A program made the translations under genes and the position numbers. Shown piece after piece: positions 57,325 to 64,000 of a DNA stretch of 64,000 bases. Each line of letters opens with the position of its first letter. Position 1 is the first letter of the stretch. The stretch comes from an uncultured Verrucomicrobiota bacterium. GTDB taxonomy: Bacteria; Verrucomicrobiota; Kiritimatiellia; Kiritimatiellales; Pontiellaceae. Location of the stretch: positions 14,584-78,583 of the forward strand of contig CAZABK010000003.1 in NCBI GenBank assembly GCA_964483355.1, written 5' to 3'. The notes below the pieces were generated by a model. It had not been told where the DNA came from, made no database searches, and saw only the letters and a program-made list of their open reading frames with translations.

Positions 57325-57433
57325 TCCGGAGCGCGCAAATCCACCGTCGCCGGACTTGACCTGCGGGCCGTTCGCGCGTATGGTGCCCGCCTTTTATCCC
57401 CGAACAGGTAAATATACAGGAGTACAAGGATTT

Positions 57434-58729
57434 ATGAATGTTTCAGTAAAGGATGCCGGCACTTGCCGCAAGACCATGACGATTGAGATCCCCGCAGATA
57501 AAATCAGCGAGGAGCGCGAAGATACCCTCAAGGCCTACATCAAGTTCGCGAGCATTCCCGGATTCCGTAAAGGCAAGGCGCCCAAACACGTTGTCGCCTC
57601 CAAATATGCCAAGGAGATCAACCAGGATCTGCAGGAGCGCGTTCTGCCGAAGTTTTATCACGAAGCACTGCAGGAGTCCGCACTCAAGGTCGTAAACGTT
57701 GTTGATGCCACCGAGGTGGACATCAAGGAAAACGAACCGGTCTCCTTCGACGTCACCGTCGACGTTGAGCCGGAGTTCAAGCTTCCGAAATATACCGACA
57801 TTCCGGTTAAGGAAGAGAAGGAAGCAGTGACCGACGAGCAGGTGCAGGCGCAGATCGACATGATCCTCGGCCAGCATGCCAACTTTGAAGAAGTCGAAGA
57901 CAAGGCCATCGAAGCCGGCGACATGGGCCAGCTGACCTATGAAGCCACCACCGACGGCAAATCGCTCAAGGACGCCATTCCGGAAGCCAAGGGCATCGGC
58001 TCCGGCGAAGGCTACTGGGTTTCCGCCGACGAGCACGCCTTCATCCCCGGCATGGGCGAAGCGATTGTCGGCATGAACGTGGGCGACAAGAAGGAAGTGG
58101 AAGTTGAATTCCCGGAAAGCTTCATGGTTAAGGAACTCGCCGGCGTTAAGGCCCTCTACAACGTTGAAGTCACCGCCGTGCGCGTCCGCAGCCTGCCGGA
58201 ACTCAACGAAGAATTCCTCAACAAGCTCCAGATCGAATCCGAAGAGGCGTTGCGCAGCAATATCCGCGAGCAGCTCGAAGCCCAGGCCGAAAATGTTGCG
58301 CTGGGCAAAAAGCACGAGCAGATCGTCAGCTACCTCATCAAGAAGACCAAGCTCGAGGTGCCGGAAAGCGTTGTTCAGCAGCAGACCCGCAACGTGGTTT
58401 ATGACATTGCCAACCGCCGCATGATGATGGGCGAGCCCCAGGAAGCCATCACCGGCGACATGGCGAACATCCAGAAGCAGGCTGAAGAGCAGGCCGTTGA
58501 AAACGTGAAACTGCGCTACATTGGCCTGGGAATTGCGGCAGAGCTGGAGCTGGAAGCCAGCGACGTTGAGATCGATGAAAAAATCGCATCGATGGCGATC
58601 CGTCAGCGCAAAGATGCGCAGGCGCTCCGCAAAGAGATGGTCGAAAACGATTCGCTCGCCAGCGTCGGCGAACAGATCCGCTTCAACAAAGCGCTCGACT
58701 ACATGGTCGAAAACGCAAAAATCAAGTAA
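57434..58729 (+). CDS. tig: Trigger factor
   Basis: IPGFRKGKAP ribosome-binding motif; FIPG..E.IVGM; upstream of clpPX; ATG at 57434. Confidence 0.95.
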   Translation: MNVSVKDAGTCRKTMTIEIPADKISEEREDTLKAYIKFASIPGFRKGKAPKHVVASKYAKEINQDLQERVLPKFYHEALQESALKVVNVVDATEVDIKENEPVSFDVTVDVEPEFKLPKYTDIPVKEEKEAVTDEQVQAQIDMILGQHANFEEVEDKAIEAGDMGQLTYEATTDGKSLKDAIPEAKGIGSGEGYWVSADEHAFIPGMGEAIVGMNVGDKKEVEVEFPESFMVKELAGVKALYNVEVTAVRVRSLPELNEEFLNKLQIESEEALRSNIREQLEAQAENVALGKKHEQIVSYLIKKTKLEVPESVVQQQTRNVVYDIANRRMMMGEPQEAITGDMANIQKQAEEQAVENVKLRYIGLGIAAELELEASDVEIDEKIASMAIRQRKDAQALRKEMVENDSLASVGEQIRFNKALDYMVENAKIK

Positions 58730-58744
58730 TTGGCTCGCGGAGCC

Positions 58745-58830
58745 GGATTGCCGGATAGCAGGATTATTGGATTGATGGAACCGCCCATTGATCCAATAAT
58801 CCGCCCTATCCATTAATCCAACACAAGGAA
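58745..58830. repeat. GGAT-octamer degenerate tandem/inverted repeat
   Basis: ggattgcc-ggatagca-ggattatt-ggattgat facing cattgatcc-aataatcc-gccctatcc-attaatcc. Confidence 0.6.
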
Positions 58831-58835
58831 CTGAA

Positions 58836-59435
58836 ATGAACGAAACTGCGCAGATGCTTGTCCCCATCGTTGTTGAACAGACCGGCCGGGGCGAACGCTC
58901 CTACGACATCTACTCCCGCCTGCTTAAGGAACGCATCATCTTTCTGGGAACCGCCATCGACGACAACGTCGCCAACCTGGTGATTGCCCAGCTGCTCTTC
59001 CTGCAGAGCGAAGATCCGGACAAGGACATCAGCCTCTACATCAACTCGCCGGGCGGCGTTGTGACCGCCGGCCTCGCGATTTATGACACGATGCAGTTTC
59101 TCAAGTGCGACATCACCACCTACTGCGTCGGCCAGGCCGCCAGCATGGGCGCGGTGCTGCTCGCCGCCGGCGCGCCGGGCAAACGCTTTGCCCTGCCCAA
59201 CGCCCGCATCATGATCCACCAGCCGCTCGGCGGCGCGCAGGGTCAGGCCACCGACATCAACATCCAGGCGCAGGAAATCATGCGCATCAAGCAGATCCTC
59301 AACGGCATTCTGGCCGACCATTCCGGCCGCAGCATCGAAGATCTCGAAAAAGACACCGACCGCGACAACTTTATGTCGGCGTTGCAGGCCGCCGAATACG
59401 GCCTCATCGACGAAGTCGTGGAACACGCAAAATAA
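58836..59435 (+). CDS. clpP: ATP-dependent Clp protease proteolytic subunit
   Basis: [36 protein letters not shown] and DRDNFMSA. Confidence 0.98.
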   Translation: MNETAQMLVPIVVEQTGRGERSYDIYSRLLKERIIFLGTAIDDNVANLVIAQLLFLQSEDPDKDISLYINSPGGVVTAGLAIYDTMQFLKCDITTYCVGQAASMGAVLLAAGAPGKRFALPNARIMIHQPLGGAQGQATDINIQAQEIMRIKQILNGILADHSGRSIEDLEKDTDRDNFMSALQAAEYGLIDEVVEHAK

Positions 59436-59451
59436 TTTCTGAGGGCATCCC

Positions 59452-60711
<1,260 letters not shown>

Positions 60712-60738
60712 CCACCGGTCCGGAACGTCCGAGCACGA

Positions 60739-60765
60739 GCGCAGCAACTCTTTTAATTGCTGCGC
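60739..60765 (+). terminator. Hairpin after clpX
   Basis: GCGCAGCAA...TTGCTGCGC inverted repeat; no T tract, so terminator function is uncertain. Confidence 0.35.
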
Positions 60766-60846
60766 GGGCAATACTTGTCTTGTCCCTTGCGTTCAATTAG
60801 AGTCGTTCAACTTGTAATCAGGCACGTACACTATAGGGGTTCCGGG

Positions 60847-62355
60847 ATGAAGAAATATATTTTGATGAGCTTGGCCGGCGTGGTCGCCACTTCGATTTGG
60901 GCAGGGCAGGAACTGGCGCAGGCACTGCATCAGACGCCGGCGCCCGACCAGGAATATATTCGCACCCCCTCGAAATATATTTTCAAAAAACTGGCCGATA
61001 CCGCCAACCGAAGCGGAAACCCGGAGCTCGCCGCCTTCACCGTGGCCTATGAACTCACAGGCAGCGACAGCACCAAGGTCAGCATCAACCTCGCGGGGAT
61101 GACCCTGTTCGACGCCATTCAGACGGTCGCCCGGTCCGTTGGCGCGGGCGTGGATTTTCAGTCAAACCGCGCCGTACTCAAGGATTCCTCCCTCGTCGAG
61201 GAGATGGTTATTGAAACCCCAGACAAACCTGCACCAGTCATTGTTCAGGACGATGATGAAGAAGAACCCCGTAATCGCCGGAAAAAGGACGAGCCGCGCC
61301 TCTCGTTCGGCGACGTCAGCCACGCCCTTGTTTTTGTGGAAAATGGCGACGGCCGCGGCTCCGGCTTCATCGCCGAGATGGACGGAAAAATCTATGTCTT
61401 CAGCAACCAGCACAACTTTCTGGGCGCCAAACGGCCCAAGCTGAAGTCCATGACCGGAACCTATCTCAAGCCCAAGGGATTTGAATTCAGCCGGACGCAT
61501 GACATCGTGCGCATGCCGCTCGACCCGGCCGATGTCGAAGGGTTAACGGTATTAAAATTTAACATGAACACACCGGCGATTCACGATGAGATCATGATCT
61601 ACGGCAACAGTGCCGGCGGCGGAGTGGCCACCGAACTTGATGGAGAGATTATCGGCGTCGGCCCGGCCGACATCGAGATTACCGCCAAAATGGTTCCGGG
61701 CAACAGCGGCAGCCCCATCCTGAACCATCAGGCGGAGGTGGTCGGCGTCGCCACCTATGCCACCCTCGGCCAGGAGTTCGAAAAAGGCAGTGCCTATTAT
61801 AAAATGTTTAAAGGCACCCGCTTCAGCAAAGTCCGCCGCTACGGCATCCGCATCCCCGAGAATGGATGGGTCAACGACTCCATGTCGTTCTACCTGCGTC
61901 AGACCTACCGGCTGGAAGACATGAAAAGCTATCTGCTGGCCATCTATGCCCTGTTCAACTACTGGCAGGGCGACTCCTCGTACGACAGCGTCGCCTCCCG
62001 TATGATTTCAAGCTATGGCAGCATTGCCAGCAATGGCGAGCCCCCGTTTGAGTTCCACATGAAGGATCTCGAGGAACAGCTCCGCCGAGTCGTCCGCTCC
62101 TTCAAGATCAACCACAACGACCTGAAAGATGCGAACACCAAGGTGAACACCGCCCGCACCGAAGACGGCACCTCACATATTAAGCGGCTGCTTTCAGAAG
62201 GAGTCGAAACCGTCAAACTTACCGCCGATAAAACCCGCTGGAAATCCAACCTGCTCAAAAGGGATGCCCAGAGCATCCGGGACATGGCCGACGAAATCAT
62301 CAGCCAGATCAACGAAGGCAAAAATCCGTACAAAAGCAGCAAACGCCGACGCTAA
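60847..62355 (+). CDS. Exported trypsin-like serine protease with N-terminal STN-like region
   Basis: Signal peptide from ATG 60847; GSGF, SNQH and GNSGSP catalytic motifs. Confidence 0.8.
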   Translation: MKKYILMSLAGVVATSIWAGQELAQALHQTPAPDQEYIRTPSKYIFKKLADTANRSGNPELAAFTVAYELTGSDSTKVSINLAGMTLFDAIQTVARSVGAGVDFQSNRAVLKDSSLVEEMVIETPDKPAPVIVQDDDEEEPRNRRKKDEPRLSFGDVSHALVFVENGDGRGSGFIAEMDGKIYVFSNQHNFLGAKRPKLKSMTGTYLKPKGFEFSRTHDIVRMPLDPADVEGLTVLKFNMNTPAIHDEIMIYGNSAGGGVATELDGEIIGVGPADIEITAKMVPGNSGSPILNHQAEVVGVATYATLGQEFEKGSAYYKMFKGTRFSKVRRYGIRIPENGWVNDSMSFYLRQTYRLEDMKSYLLAIYALFNYWQGDSSYDSVASRMISSYGSIASNGEPPFEFHMKDLEEQLRRVVRSFKINHNDLKDANTKVNTARTEDGTSHIKRLLSEGVETVKLTADKTRWKSNLLKRDAQSIRDMADEIISQINEGKNPYKSSKRRR

Positions 62356-62364
62356 GCGCACACG

Positions 62365-64000
62365 ATGAAAGTTGTTATCACGGAAAAGCCGTCGGTTGCG
62401 CGGGACATTGCCGGCGTCCTGAAAATCACCGACAAGAAAAACGGCTACATCGAAGGGCGCAGCTGCGCCATCACCTGGGCCTTCGGCCATCTGGTGACGT
62501 TGCAGGAACCCGGCGAATATGATCCCGAACTGCGCAAATGGCGGCTCGATTCGCTCCCCTTTATTCCCGACGAATTTAAACTCAAACTGATCGAAAACCC
62601 CGGCGTCGCCGAACAGTTTGAAACCATCAAAAAACTCTGCCGCGAAGCCGAGGAAATTGTCTGCGCCACGGACGCCGGCCGCGAGGGCGAACTGATTTTC
62701 CGCTACATTCTCGCGCTGAGCGAATGCGAGCAAAAACCGATCAAGCGCCTGTGGCTCAGCTCGCTCACGCCCGACGCCATCCAGGACGCCTTCAAAGAGC
62801 TGAAAGACGGCCACGACTATGATCCGCTCTATGCCGCCGCCAAATGCCGCTCCGAATCCGACTGGATCGTCGGCCTCAACGCCACGCGCTGCTTCACCGT
62901 GCGCCACGGCCGCCTCGCCGCCGGCGACGACCGCGTGCTCTGGAGCATCGGGCGCGTACAGACGCCGGTGCTGGCGATGATTGTGCAGCGCGACGACGAG
63001 ATCGCCAAATTCCGCCCCAAGCCGTTTTGGGAGCTGACGACCAAATATCGCGACGTCGTCTTCAAATATACCGGCGACCGCTTCACCCAACAGGAAAAGG
63101 CACAGGAGCTGCTCGATAAAATTACCGGGCAGCCGTTCCAAATCAGCGACGTCAGCGGCAAACAGAAAAAGGAACAGCCGCCGCAGCTTTTCGACCTCAC
63201 CACGCTCCAGCGCGAAATCAACAAAACCCACGGGCTCTCCGCCGCCGACACGCTGGCCGCCGCGCAAAACCTCTACGAATCCAAGCTGCTCACCTATCCG
63301 CGAACCGACTCGCGTTATCTCAGCGCCGACATGCAGCCGCGGCTTCCGGCCATCTTTGACAAGCTCAAAGCGATCCGCGCCGAACAGATTGAGCCGCTCG
63401 ACCTCGCCAAGCTGCCCTTCACCAAGCGCATCGTCGACGACAAGAAGGTGACCGACCATCACGCCATCATTCCGACCGGAATTATTCCCGGCTCGCTCGG
63501 CGCCAACGAACAGATGATTTACAACGCCGTCGTCACCCAGTTTATCGCCGCCTTCTACCCGATCTGCCTCAAAAAGATCACCACCGTCGACGGCGAAAGC
63601 GCGGCAGTCAAATTCCAAGCCAAGGGCACACAGGTTCTTGCCCCCGGATGGTCAGAGCTCTTCCCCCAAAAGAAGAAAAAGAAAAAGGCCGGCAAGGACG
63701 ACGACCAGACCCTCCCCGAGTTTACCAAGGGCGAGAGCGGCGAGCACGAACCATCGACGCGCGAGGGCAAAACCAAGCCGCCCAAGGCCTTCACCGAAAA
63801 CTCGCTGCTCGGCGCGATGGAAGCCGCCGGTAAACTGGTTGAAGACGATACCATGCGCGAAGCCCTGAAAGAGCGAGGCATCGGCACGCCGGCCACCCGC
63901 GCCGCCATCATTGAAACGCTGCTGCGCCGCAACTATATCCGCCGCGAAAAGAAACAGATCCGCGCCACCGACATGGGCCGCTGCCTCATCGCGCTCATTC
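62365..64000 (+). CDS. topB: DNA topoisomerase III (type IA), runs off the window
   Basis: MKVVITEKPSVARDIA, ITWAFGHL, CATDAGREGELIF, GRVQTP, LTYPRTDSRY (catalytic Tyr) and GIGTPATRA. Absent from the ORF track because no stop lies in the window. Confidence 0.93.
   Translation, partial: MKVVITEKPSVARDIAGVLKITDKKNGYIEGRSCAITWAFGHLVTLQEPGEYDPELRKWRLDSLPFIPDEFKLKLIENPGVAEQFETIKKLCREAEEIVCATDAGREGELIFRYILALSECEQKPIKRLWLSSLTPDAIQDAFKELKDGHDYDPLYAAAKCRSESDWIVGLNATRCFTVRHGRLAAGDDRVLWSIGRVQTPVLAMIVQRDDEIAKFRPKPFWELTTKYRDVVFKYTGDRFTQQEKAQELLDKITGQPFQISDVSGKQKKEQPPQLFDLTTLQREINKTHGLSAADTLAAAQNLYESKLLTYPRTDSRYLSADMQPRLPAIFDKLKAIRAEQIEPLDLAKLPFTKRIVDDKKVTDHHAIIPTGIIPGSLGANEQMIYNAVVTQFIAAFYPICLKKITTVDGESAAVKFQAKGTQVLAPGWSELFPQKKKKKKAGKDDDQTLPEFTKGESGEHEPSTREGKTKPPKAFTENSLLGAMEAAGKLVEDDTMREALKERGIGTPATRAAIIETLLRRNYIRREKKQIRATDMGRCLIALI

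Noticed and set aside
57245-57433. N-terminal extensions in the ORF track (tig from 57245; also ddl 14431, GH78 49067, 26514..27530, 60757, 37998, 35214)
   Set aside because: Downstream starts have better RBSs or signal peptides, and the extensions overlap neighbouring genes or promoters.

Overview
Bacterial chromosome segment, probably from a Kiritimatiellales (Pontiella/Tichowtungia-like, PVC superphylum) organism. This is inferred from the PEP-CTERM protein, the SHD1-like domain, the sulfatase-rich glycan loci and the lptCAB-hpf-hprK-ptsH-ptsI order. Core genes occupy about 1-22.5 kb (epmA, efp, pckG, a partial T2SS pseudopilin operon, ftsZ-ftsA-ftsQ-ddl, ptsI-ptsH-hprK-hpf-lptB-lptA-lptC, gpmI) and about 55.1-64 kb (mvaD, D-Ala-D-Ala carboxypeptidase, tig-clpP-clpX, trypsin-like protease, topB). 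Between them lies a ~32-kb accessory glycan-utilisation island. It encodes several esterases, two Asp-box beta-propeller paralogs (one with an in-frame TAG), six copies of an unassigned ~190-aa domain spread over four exported proteins, a 1101-aa orphan enzyme, three sulfatases, GH130, GH78, a GPH/MFS transporter and a LacI repressor whose palindromic operator recurs across the island. The island's right edge is a scar: a Phd-antitoxin N-terminus fused in frame to an IS256 transposase C-terminus. The most unusual signals are a TTCCA-N5-TGGAA palindrome found nine times (mostly inside ORFs, in different frames), palindromic repeats translated inside proteins, the six-copy domain module and a catalytically degenerate FtsZ. 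No rRNA, tRNA or CRISPR array was seen. All counts and alignments were done by eye.
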